A stretch of DNA of 64,000 nt, taken from IMG/VR virus record IMGVR_UViG_3300010430_000004, positions 96,001 through 160,000 of that record; one strand, given 5' to 3'. The position numbers were made by a program, and so were the translations under genes. How positions within the stretch are numbered: the first letter of the stretch is position 1; every line of letters begins with the position of its first letter. Source of the stretch: a virus. The notes under the pieces are model-generated. The model searched no databases. It had not been told where the DNA came from and saw nothing but the letters and a program-made list of their open reading frames with translations. Positions 51,773 through 61,104 of the stretch are shown in pieces.

Positions 51773-52549
51773 ATGATAACACTAAATGAGAAGCCAGTAA
51801 AAACTGATATGTTTCCAGACAATACTAGCCAGGTATGGAAGGTTGAAAATCTTCCACCTAAAGGTTTGGCAGCTAAAGTGGTATGGACTTATTCACATGA
51901 AGGTGAATTCATGCAGCTTGCTCAGTTAAGAGCCTTGCTTCACAAAAATGAAAATCCTGCTTATCTTACTATATGCTATTTACCTTATGGTAGACAAGAC
52001 AAGGAAATTTCCAATGAAGCTACTTTTGCTTTACAGCCCTTTGCAGCGTTATTAAACTTTTTAGATTTTAGACACGTTACTATAGTGGACCCTCATTCTA
52101 CTATTGCCACTGATCTTATATACAACTCTGATGCGTATTATCCTATAACCACGATACTTAATCTTATAAGTAAGACAAGTACTGATCTACTTTGTTATCC
52201 AGATAAGGGCGCTTTAGGAAAATATGCGTCAATGTTTGAGATGGACCATGTATATGGTGAAAAAGTAAGAGATCAGTCGAGTGGTTGGATCACGGACTAT
52301 GCTCTTATCGGCGATGTGAAAGATAAGACGGTTCTAATCGTAGATGATATTTGCGATGGTGGAATGACCTTTAAACTTCTAGCAAATGCCTTGATGGAGA
52401 ATGGCGCAAAGGAGGTAAATCTATATGTATCGCATGGTCTTTTTTCTAAGGGCCTAAAAACACTTAAAGAAAACAAAATTAATCGGATTTTCACTAAAGA
52501 AGGTGAATGTAGTGAGGTCCAAGGAAATATAACTTATAGGAGATTATAG
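51773..52549 (+). CDS. Ribose-phosphate pyrophosphokinase-like protein (probable NARP1 Adps)
   Basis: FPD, YLPYGRQDK, DPHS, YPDKGA, EKVRD, LIVDDICDGGMTF, YVSHGLFS; directly upstream of NAMPT-like gene. Confidence 0.88.
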   Translation: MITLNEKPVKTDMFPDNTSQVWKVENLPPKGLAAKVVWTYSHEGEFMQLAQLRALLHKNENPAYLTICYLPYGRQDKEISNEATFALQPFAALLNFLDFRHVTIVDPHSTIATDLIYNSDAYYPITTILNLISKTSTDLLCYPDKGALGKYASMFEMDHVYGEKVRDQSSGWITDYALIGDVKDKTVLIVDDICDGGMTFKLLANALMENGAKEVNLYVSHGLFSKGLKTLKENKINRIFTKEGECSEVQGNITYRRL

Positions 52550-52551
52550 TT

Positions 52552-54069
52552 ATGAGAGATTTAAATGCAATGTTATTATGTGATTTTTATAAACTGAGCC
52601 ACAGAGCTCAATACCCAACAGGTACAGAGAAAGTATACTCTACCTGGACCCCAAGAGCCAGCAGAATGAAGGGCGTAGACCATGTAGTCGCTTACGGTTT
52701 TCAAGGCTTTATCAAAAAATATCTTATTCAATTTTTTAACAATGAGTTTTTTAGTAGACCCATTGCAGAAATTACCGAACAATATTCTAGAATTATAAAA
52801 GGAACGCTAGGCGTAGAAGAGCCTGATTTTTCTCATATAGTTGCTTTACATAAACTTGGATATTTGCCGATTAAAATTAAAGCCCTTCCAGAAGGTACAA
52901 AAACCCCTCTAAGAGTTCCAATGATGACTATTCAAAACACTCACAAAGATTTTGCTTGGTTGACAAATTACTTAGAGACTCTTGCCTCTTGTGAATTGTG
53001 GCAAGCCTGCACTAGTGCAACTATTGCTGACCAATACCGTCAGATATTAGACAAATATGCCAACAAAACTGTAGGAAATACAGAGTTTGTTCAATTTCAA
53101 GGTCACGATTTTTCCATGCGTGGAATGAGCAGCTTAGAATCTGCTATGATCAGTGGTTCTGGACATTTACTAAGCTTTGCTGGTACTGATACCATTCCAG
53201 CTGTTAGTTATCTTGAAGAATATTATAATGCTGACGTAACTAAAGAATTAGTTGGTACAAGCATTCCAGCTACTGAGCACTCTGTTCAATGTGCTTATGG
53301 CAATGATGATCTTTACCTTAAAAGAATGATGACTGAGGTTTATCCTACTGGGCCAGTAAGTATCGTGTCTGACGGATATGATTTTTGGGATGTTATTGGT
53401 AGAGTTTTGCCTAGCCTTAAAGAAGATATTCTTGCTCGTGGTGGAGATCGTGGTCCAGAATTTTTGGATAAAGTAGTTATTCGACCTGATTCTGGTGATC
53501 CTGTAAAAATCGTATGTGGAGATCCATCAATAGGGGCTTTGATTAAAGATTTGGAAATATATTCAAAAGAAGATGAAATGATAGCAAAGGGTGCTGTTGA
53601 ATGTCTATGGGATATTTTTGGTGGACACGTCAATGAACAAGGTTATAAGGTTCTTAACCCTAAAATTGGTCTAATTTATGGAGATGCCATTACACTCAAT
53701 CGTTGCGAAGAGATTTGTAAACAATTAGAAGCCAAAGGCTTTGCAAGCACTAACGTAGTGTTTGGTATTGGAAGCTACACTTACCAATATAACACCAGAG
53801 ATACTTTTGGGTTCGCTCTTAAGAGCACTCTTTGCGTTATTGACGGAGATGAGAAACAAATTTTTAAAGACCCTAAAACTGATAATGGCATTAAAAAGAG
53901 CCAAAAAGGTCGGGTAGTAGTTCTTGAAAAGGATGGTGAGCTTACTTTTATGGATGGCCTATCTCTTGAAGATAAAATGAGCAAGGATCTTTTAAAGACA
54001 GTTTTTTGTGACGGTAAACTTGTAATTGACCAAAAATTGGAAGATATTCGAGAAAGAGTAAGAAAGTGA
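52552..54069 (+). CDS. Nicotinamide phosphoribosyltransferase-like protein (probable NARP1 Namat)
   Basis: DFYKLSH, HDFSMRG, GTDT, IPATEHS, IVSDGYD, IRPDSGDP, IYGDAI, KDPKTD..KKS.KG. Confidence 0.92.
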   Translation: MRDLNAMLLCDFYKLSHRAQYPTGTEKVYSTWTPRASRMKGVDHVVAYGFQGFIKKYLIQFFNNEFFSRPIAEITEQYSRIIKGTLGVEEPDFSHIVALHKLGYLPIKIKALPEGTKTPLRVPMMTIQNTHKDFAWLTNYLETLASCELWQACTSATIADQYRQILDKYANKTVGNTEFVQFQGHDFSMRGMSSLESAMISGSGHLLSFAGTDTIPAVSYLEEYYNADVTKELVGTSIPATEHSVQCAYGNDDLYLKRMMTEVYPTGPVSIVSDGYDFWDVIGRVLPSLKEDILARGGDRGPEFLDKVVIRPDSGDPVKIVCGDPSIGALIKDLEIYSKEDEMIAKGAVECLWDIFGGHVNEQGYKVLNPKIGLIYGDAITLNRCEEICKQLEAKGFASTNVVFGIGSYTYQYNTRDTFGFALKSTLCVIDGDEKQIFKDPKTDNGIKKSQKGRVVVLEKDGELTFMDGLSLEDKMSKDLLKTVFCDGKLVIDQKLEDIRERVRK

Positions 54070-54506
54070 TAGTTGAAGAAATTCAAGGAAATCTTTTAGA
54101 TACAACCGTGAGCGCAATTGCTCACGGTGTTAATTGTCAAAATACTATGGGTAGTGGAGTAGCTAAGGCCTTGTTTACCAAATGGCCTGAGATTAAATCT
54201 AAATACCATGATTTTTGCAACATGAATGGCCCATCTCACAGATTAAGCCAAGTTCAGGCCGTGAATACTGATGATAAAACTATATTGAATTGCTTTACTC
54301 AAGAGTGGTATGGTTATGATGGCAGAAAATATGTCAGCTATGATGCTATCTATGAGTGTTTCAATTTTATTTCTCAGTTTTATGACGAAGTAGCTATTCC
54401 AAAAATAGGCTGTGGCCTAGCAGGTGGTGATTGGAATGTTGTCAAAGAAATAATAAATTCTGCTACTGGCAGCGACTGTAAAGTTTACGTTTATTATTTA
54501 AAATAA
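54066..54506 (+). CDS. Macrodomain protein (TARG1/DarG-like)
   Basis: GNLL, IAHGVNCQNTMGSGVA, NCFTQ, AIPKIGCGLAGGDW. Confidence 0.9.
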   Translation: MIVEEIQGNLLDTTVSAIAHGVNCQNTMGSGVAKALFTKWPEIKSKYHDFCNMNGPSHRLSQVQAVNTDDKTILNCFTQEWYGYDGRKYVSYDAIYECFNFISQFYDEVAIPKIGCGLAGGDWNVVKEIINSATGSDCKVYVYYLK

Positions 54507-54511
54507 AAAAT

Positions 54512-54540
54512 TTGCTTTTCTGTACGTTTCATGTTATATT
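54512..54540 (+). promoter_or_regulatory. Early sigma70-type promoter (TTGCTT-N17-TATATT)
   Basis: Variant of the repeated motif. Confidence 0.75.
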
Positions 54541-55261
54541 AAATTTAACTTAGGAGATTGCATGAAATTCTACCACGTTACAACTAACCACGTTTACCTA
54601 CAAAAAGTAGGTTTCATGGAAAAAGGCATGATGTTTACTACAGACCTTGCCTATGCCAAACAACAATTAAAATCTAAGAGAAAAGGCTTAAACAAAATGC
54701 AACCCATGATTGTTTCTATTGAAATGATTGATTCAGCATTTGAAAGAACTAAAGCTAAAAAAGAAACTTATAAAAATATTGTAATGTTCCTTTCACATAT
54801 AGAGGTTCTTAATGTTTGATTTATACCCAACAGATTATCACATGACTGTTTATAGAAACCCTAAAGGCAGTTCTAGTGGGCTAGATTATTCTTTTTATTT
54901 AAGCAACCATGACGGTGCTTCTAGACTTATGAATCTTACAGACTTGTCGATGGATGAAATCGAAGGTATTGTTGGCCGATTTAGGCAAAACCACGAAAGA
55001 GCAGGAAAATTAAAAGGCGAAGTATTTGTTTATATGGATGGCCTTGTTAGAATCAAACATCACTTTACTAAAAAAATTATATGGGAGAACAGATAATGCT
55101 ATATTTAGGACACGTTTCGGTTTGGTTTTTTATAATTCTTTTATTGCTAATCTCAAAAATTGTAAAACTAAAAAAAGGAAATGCTTTAATTGCTTGCTTG
55201 GTTTTTGGTATGATTTTTGCTGTACCAAGCTGTACAATTCAACTGGTTTTTGGAGGATAAA

Positions 55262-56458
55262 ATGAGAACAATTAATTTAGATCAAAACGACAATGCTGAT
55301 ATTACAAAATTTCCAACCCTATACAAGCAAACCACTACTGGAAAAATCCAACAGTGGCAGGTTCAAGTTTTTGGAAACGGAGTGACCTCTACTTATGGTC
55401 AAGTAGATGGCAAGCTTCAAGAAACTACTGACATTGTTAAATCTGGAAAAAATATAGGAAAAGCAAACGAAACTACCCCTGAAGAACAAGCAGGGCTCAA
55501 GGCTCAACAGCTTTTTGATAAAAAAGTAAAAGAGGGATATGTTACAGATATCACCCTTGCTCAACAAAATGCTAACAACCTTGAAGGTGTCGAGCCTATG
55601 CTGGCCTTTGATGCTGAAAAGAAAAAGAAATATATGACTTTTCCAGGAACAGGTCAGCCAAAACTAGATGGCTTTAGGTGTATAGCAGTTATTCAAAATG
55701 GAAAATGCCAACTATACACTCGTACTCAAAAACCTATCAATACGCTTCCTCATATAGTTCAAGAATTAGAACAAGTGTTTGGTACAGCAAAATCTATAGT
55801 TTTGGATGGAGAACTTTATAATCACGAATTGAAAAATGATTTTGAAAAGATTTGCTCCTATATTAAAAGAGACGAAGTACATGAGAATCACGAAATTATT
55901 CAGTACCATATCTATGATCATGTTTCCGAAGGGACTCACCATCAAAGATATTCCATGGTTAACGCTGCTTTAAATATAAGAATGGTACCTTGTATGTTTT
56001 TGAAAACAGTAGAAACAGTTACAGTTAACTCTGAACAAGAATTAGAGGCTTTTTTCCACAAATGTTTAGCAGATGGCTATGAAGGCGCAATGTATCGTCA
56101 TCCTGAAATGGAATATGAACACAAACGATCAGCTGGTTTACTCAAAATTAAAGTTTTTGAAGACGCTGAGTTCGAAGTTACTGGTGTTCAAGAAGGCACT
56201 GGTAAACTCATGGGCCAAGCAGGGGCTATCCTTGTTAAGGACTCTGACGGAAAAGAATTTAAAGCCAAACTAAAAAGTCTTACGGATAGCAACGGCAAAC
56301 GTGTAGAAAGCAAAGAAGACTATCAAGCAAGATGCGCTGATTGGCTAGTCAATATTGAAAACTATATAGGAAAAATGATTACTGTTCAATATCAGGGCAA
56401 AACCAAACACGGAATTCCACGGTTTCCTATAGCCCTTAGAATCAGGGAGGCAGAATGA
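55262..56458 (+). CDS. ATP-dependent DNA ligase with N-terminal WGR-like domain
   Basis: QPKLDGFRC, LDGELY, EGAM, LLKIK, PRFP; SD GGAGG before ATG 55262. Confidence 0.92.
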   Translation: MRTINLDQNDNADITKFPTLYKQTTTGKIQQWQVQVFGNGVTSTYGQVDGKLQETTDIVKSGKNIGKANETTPEEQAGLKAQQLFDKKVKEGYVTDITLAQQNANNLEGVEPMLAFDAEKKKKYMTFPGTGQPKLDGFRCIAVIQNGKCQLYTRTQKPINTLPHIVQELEQVFGTAKSIVLDGELYNHELKNDFEKICSYIKRDEVHENHEIIQYHIYDHVSEGTHHQRYSMVNAALNIRMVPCMFLKTVETVTVNSEQELEAFFHKCLADGYEGAMYRHPEMEYEHKRSAGLLKIKVFEDAEFEVTGVQEGTGKLMGQAGAILVKDSDGKEFKAKLKSLTDSNGKRVESKEDYQARCADWLVNIENYIGKMITVQYQGKTKHGIPRFPIALRIREAE

Positions 56459-57123
56459 ATGAAATTTTAAAAGCAATCCAAGACAATAAAACTGTTATAA
56501 GCTATGTGCCATCTAGATTTGCTGATAAATTTAATAGTTTAACTTGGGATCGTCATACCTGTCAGAAAATACACATGGCTTATAAAATAGCTGCTGGTGG
56601 CGTTATTGTTAAAAATATACCAACAAAAGTTCAACTATCTAAATTTGTGGAGTATACTAAATGAAATTTTTTAATAGATTTTCTTATTATAGAGACAAAA
56701 ATGAAGACGTTTATGTAAACTTGGGCGTTTCTTGGATCTGGGATAGATACGTTAATGTAGTGCCTTCTCAGGAAACTCAAAGTTTCCTATCTAAAGTTGG
56801 CTGGGGTGGACCCAAAGGGAAAGGGATCAGTAGAACTTTTACTTTTTATTTATATACTAGAAAATATGTCAGAATGTTTACTATTGATTTTAGCACTATT
56901 GAAAGGCCGTGGACAACTGAAGAATTAAAAAGCGCACCGACTGAAATGGATAAATATAATGAGAGAATGAAAACTGTTAGAGAACTATCCAAAAGACTGG
57001 GAAGACACAAAAAAACTTCAAATAATGATATTTAATTATTATGAATAAAGAAAAGATAACAGAATCTAAATGGTGGAAGCGACAATTTGCTTATCACTAT
57101 AAGAAATTTGGGGTTTGGTACTG

Positions 57124-57942
57124 ATGAAATTTAAAAAAGAAAACAATACTAGGCGTTATGTCTGGGTAGATCAATACGGAATTATTGGACACGCTTACCC
57201 TGGAGGGGTAGAAGGTGGAGATTCTGTTTGCTGGAATGGACATTATAAGTATTTTTCTGAAATTGATGATGGCGTTTCTATGAGGGAAACCTTTGAAGTA
57301 GCCTTTGGAGGCTATGTTCGTCACCCACATCATCACCCAATATACAATCGCTTTGGCTCTTATTATGAAAACGCTTATATGGGAGTTATTTCTCGTGACC
57401 AAAAGACTGGTGTTTTATTGGGCCTAATTGCCGAAAAAGATAGAATTGGAATGCTTAGACTAATAGCAAATTGGGCACTAAAGGGCTTTTTATTTAGCAA
57501 CAATGTCGTCCACAATGGCGTAGAGCCCTCTGAGACTAAATTCAATCTTATTAAATTTTTCTATAATCCTGAAGATAAAGAAAAAGGAATAAAAAGGACA
57601 AACCATTATCACATTCCAGGCTTTACTGGGCCAAATATGTGGCAGATGGCCCTTAGAGGTTTTGGGGTGTTTTCATGGTTATTTTGGCCAATCTTGTTCT
57701 TTCTAGATCTGCATATACTTTTAGATACTGGCTTTGAAAACGCTGATACTGATGACGATTCTATTAATTATCTTGGAAGATTGCACGTAGCTAAAACTAT
57801 AGTGCCAACACCTATTAGTTGGTTGGCTGTTAAACTTCTAGATAAAGAAGAATTAAAACAAGAATTAGCTACATATTGGATTGGCTGGAGAGATAACCCT
57901 GGAATGTATGACATTCACGCAAAGGCTATTGATGCACTCTAA
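57124..57942 (+). CDS. hypothetical protein
   Basis: 272-aa ORF with GGDS, RHP, SRDQ motifs and a hydrophobic segment. Confidence 0.55.
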   Translation: MKFKKENNTRRYVWVDQYGIIGHAYPGGVEGGDSVCWNGHYKYFSEIDDGVSMRETFEVAFGGYVRHPHHHPIYNRFGSYYENAYMGVISRDQKTGVLLGLIAEKDRIGMLRLIANWALKGFLFSNNVVHNGVEPSETKFNLIKFFYNPEDKEKGIKRTNHYHIPGFTGPNMWQMALRGFGVFSWLFWPILFFLDLHILLDTGFENADTDDDSINYLGRLHVAKTIVPTPISWLAVKLLDKEELKQELATYWIGWRDNPGMYDIHAKAIDAL

Positions 57943-58267
57943 AACTGTTCTTCTTATTGATGACGCTCGTGATGAAGGCCATAAAAAGATACATAGGCGA
58001 GTAGATATTATTGCCAGAAATTATTGGACAGGCATTGAATGTCTTAAGTTAAGAAAATGGGACTTATTGCTTCTTGATCACGACTTAAATAGCTTTGAAG
58101 ACATTGCTGATGCTACTACTGAAAAGACTGGCTATGATATTATGTGTTTTCTTGAGCAAAATCCAGAATACTTGCCTAAGAAAATAGAACTAGTCACTTC
58201 AAACCCTGCTGGAAGAAAAAATATGCAATTAGCTATTGATGCTATTAAAAGAAGAGGGCTGTTGTGA
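57932..58267 (+). CDS. Cyclic-phosphate-processing receiver-like domain protein
   Basis: LLIDD.R, LLLDHDL, TGYD, TSNPAG. Confidence 0.7.
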   Translation: MHSKTVLLIDDARDEGHKKIHRRVDIIARNYWTGIECLKLRKWDLLLLDHDLNSFEDIADATTEKTGYDIMCFLEQNPEYLPKKIELVTSNPAGRKNMQLAIDAIKRRGLL

Positions 58268-58393
58268 GACTGGGTAGGGTAGAAATTGGCAAAACTGTCT
58301 GGGTTGCTAAGAAAATTAAAGAGCCATTTATAGCCCTATATAAAGGCAGCTGTGGTTGTATATTTCTTGATCTATTTTTTGCTACATTTTATA

Positions 58394-58422
58394 TTACTTG
58401 GTTGGGAAATGAGTGTTATGAT
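58394..58422 (+). promoter_or_regulatory. Possible additional early-type promoter (TTACTT-N17-TATGAT)
   Basis: Same TGT-TATGAT -10 and spacing; weaker -35. Confidence 0.45.
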
Positions 58423-58448
58423 ATTATTAAAAATAAAGGAGAAAATCA

Positions 58449-59057
58449 ATGAACCCAAAAGTTAAAAATTATTCTAGAAAGCAACGAAGAAACCCTGCTT
58501 ATCATGGGGAAATTCTAGACCAACACGCTAATGCGCTTAAGCAAATGGAAAACGCTGTTGTTCGCAATATTAAAAGTTTAAATGCACTGAATAAAGATTT
58601 TACTAGTCTTCTTCGCCTCAATCCAGCTGATACGATTACTGAAGGTGACATGGTTGTTGTCGATTTTGTTGGTCGTTTAGTTAATGAAGATCGTTCATTA
58701 GGCGATGGCTTTCAAGGAAATTCTGCTAAAGGCATGACAATTAAAACTCTTGGAAATGGTGAATTGGTTGAAGGTTTTGAAGACCAGCTAGTTGGTTTGA
58801 AGGTTGGAGATACTGTAGAAGTTGATTTAACTTTTCCAGAAGACTATCACCCTCACCTTGCTAAAAAAGATGTTAAATTTTTCGTAGCAATTATGGAAGT
58901 TCTTCGTGAGCCAGCCAATGGTGGTTACGTTGATCAAAAGTTAGCAGACCTTGATAAGTATAATGCTGAAAAAATTAAAAAAAGTGAAGACTCTATGAAA
59001 GCCGCTCAAAAGCTTGCTGGAGTTTCGGAAGATACAGAAGTTGAAGTGAAATCGTAA
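58449..59057 (+). CDS. Trigger-factor-type FKBP PPIase domain protein
   Basis: GDMVVVDFVG, F.G..A, LG.G..VEGFEDQLVGLKVGD, LTFPEDYH..LA.KDV.F.V; no ribosome-binding domain. Confidence 0.85.
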   Translation: MNPKVKNYSRKQRRNPAYHGEILDQHANALKQMENAVVRNIKSLNALNKDFTSLLRLNPADTITEGDMVVVDFVGRLVNEDRSLGDGFQGNSAKGMTIKTLGNGELVEGFEDQLVGLKVGDTVEVDLTFPEDYHPHLAKKDVKFFVAIMEVLREPANGGYVDQKLADLDKYNAEKIKKSEDSMKAAQKLAGVSEDTEVEVKS

Positions 59058-59282
59058 TGATTTCAATAAAAGCAGTCAGTAATTCTGGTTCTAGCTTACA
59101 AAAACTGTTCGAAAATGAACAAGCAGATGAAGCTATGGAATATTATAGAGAATTGAGCAAAGAAGGATATTCTGTTCAATACACTTCTCTCCCAGATATG
59201 ACTGTTGAACAATATATCACAGATTTAAATAATAGGGTTAAGAAAATTCTAGACCCTAATGCCTAAGGGCTCCTTTGTTTTG

Positions 59283-59309
59283 GTCTCACCTCTCCGGTGG
59301 GACTTTTTT
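59283..59309 (+). terminator. Intrinsic terminator
   Basis: GTCTCACC-tctcc-GGTGGGAC followed by TTTTTT. Confidence 0.75.
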
Positions 59310-59324
59310 ATTTCAAAAAAATAG

Positions 59325-59353
59325 TAGCTTTTTTCAGAAAACCATGTTATGAT
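59325..59353 (+). promoter_or_regulatory. Early sigma70-type promoter (TAGCTT-N17-TATGAT)
   Basis: Conserved repeated motif directly after a terminator. Confidence 0.8.
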
Positions 59354-60318
59354 AAATTTAACTGGAGGTTTTTATGAAAAAAGAATATTTAAAATATTTA
59401 ATTTCTGGAATAGATGGCAAAATTCTATTTGCTATTGAAGTCTGTGGTCATAAAAAACAAGTCGAAGGTTGGCCAAAATATTTGAAATATTATGGTGGTC
59501 CGGTTTATGCCGTTGATCAAGATGGAATTGTTTATAATTGCAAAAGAAACGATATACATGAAAATGGAAATTTAATCCCAATGAAAGATAGGAAGGCTAA
59601 GGCTTTTACTATAGTTGAGCCTTCTTGTGATAAAAAGGCCATTAACTTTGGCAAGGAAATGTTGGAATGGTACAAAGCAATTTAGTAGAAAATCCAATAA
59701 CAAAATTGGAAAAAGAAATTGAAAAATATGAAAAAGTGGTAGACAATATGCCAGCTTGCAGCTTTAGGGATACTTTTGTTGATAAGGTATATTTGCTCAA
59801 GAAACAATTAAAAGCTGCTAAAAAGAAAGCAGAAAAGAAGGTACAAAATGAAATCTAAAAACGGACAATTTTGGATGGAAGCTAGTATAGCAACCAACGA
59901 TGATGATAAAATACTTGAAGTCACTGCTGGACCCTATGATTATAACGCCAATACAGATGGGTTTAAGGTAACTATAAAAAGCTGTGATATAAAAGATCCA
60001 AAAATATATACAGAGCTTTGGCTAACCCCTAGAGAACTTGATAGTGTTGCCAAAATGTTTGCTGCTGTTAGAAAGCATCACAATACTATGGCTAAATATG
60101 AAAAAGGAGATAAGGATGAGAATTGATATTTGTGTAGTTTTAATTAGTGCCTTTATCGAAAAGAACCAAATCTGGCTTGCTGGCTCACCTGGATGCCAAT
60201 TTGCTGAGGTTTATAGTGTTGCCCAAGATAATGGCGATGAAGAAATTATGGCTTGCCTAGACAGGGTAGATGAGCTTGGAATGGTTGAACACTGCTTTAG
60301 CGAGCTATAGGAGAGGTT

Positions 60319-60705
60319 ATGAAGGTTTTAATTAACGACTGTTTTGGTGGGTTTGGAATAAGCACTGAAGGTTTTGAATGGCTTATTAAAAATAAGAACT
60401 GGAAAGTTACAGAGTTTAAAGATAGAGGATATAAAGATGAAACTGCCCAAATAGTTTTATCTAATAGTGGAAAGATAGACATGAGCCCAATGGGTATTGA
60501 GTACTATTTCACTCAAAGTAGAAGTGATAATAGTCTTAGGACAAATGCTGATCTTATCGAAATGGTAGAAACTTTAGGGTCAGAAAAAGCCTCTGGGAGA
60601 TTTTCCGAGCTTAAAATTTTAGAAATACCAGATAATGTGGATTTTACCATTGAAGACTACGATGGCAGTGAACATATCGCTGAAGTGCATAGGACTTGGA
60701 GATAG
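60319..60705 (+). CDS. Conserved phage hypothetical protein
   Basis: MKVLINDCFGGFGIS...IEDYDGSEHIAEVHRTW pattern. Confidence 0.6.
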   Translation: MKVLINDCFGGFGISTEGFEWLIKNKNWKVTEFKDRGYKDETAQIVLSNSGKIDMSPMGIEYYFTQSRSDNSLRTNADLIEMVETLGSEKASGRFSELKILEIPDNVDFTIEDYDGSEHIAEVHRTWR

Positions 60706-61104
60706 TATGTTTGGGTTTTTAAAGAAGAGAAAAATAACATTAACAAAAGATATAGTTGAAGATATTAAAAATCTACCAAAAGAAGAGGAGGCTTATATAA
60801 CTAGTATTTTGGATATAATCACGCCTGAATATTTAGAAAATAAGGCCGTAAAAACTATGGATTTTTATTATACCTTTATAAGTGACAGTATTGTTTATTT
60901 TATTAAGGTAAAAAAAGATATTTGCATTTTTGAATGGAAAATACCATCAAGCTATACTACGTTAAAAGAACTTGGAGAAACAAACAAGGATGAAAAAGAA
61001 GGATAAAATTTTATTAGCAATAGCAATATTTGCACCATTTGGTATTTCGATAGCATTGTCTATTAAAGCACACGATTTATATAAAGCTAAAAAGGAAAAG
61101 GAAA

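Noticed and set aside
4416-59353. Repeated ~30-bp motif as a CRISPR array or att sites
   Set aside because: Copies are kilobases apart, have variable interiors with fixed -35/-10 spacing, and no cas or integrase gene is present
351-60482. Short minus-strand ORFs and alternative-frame plus ORFs in the ORF track
   Set aside because: They lie within or across well-supported + strand genes and have no recognisable motifs; treated as shadow ORFs
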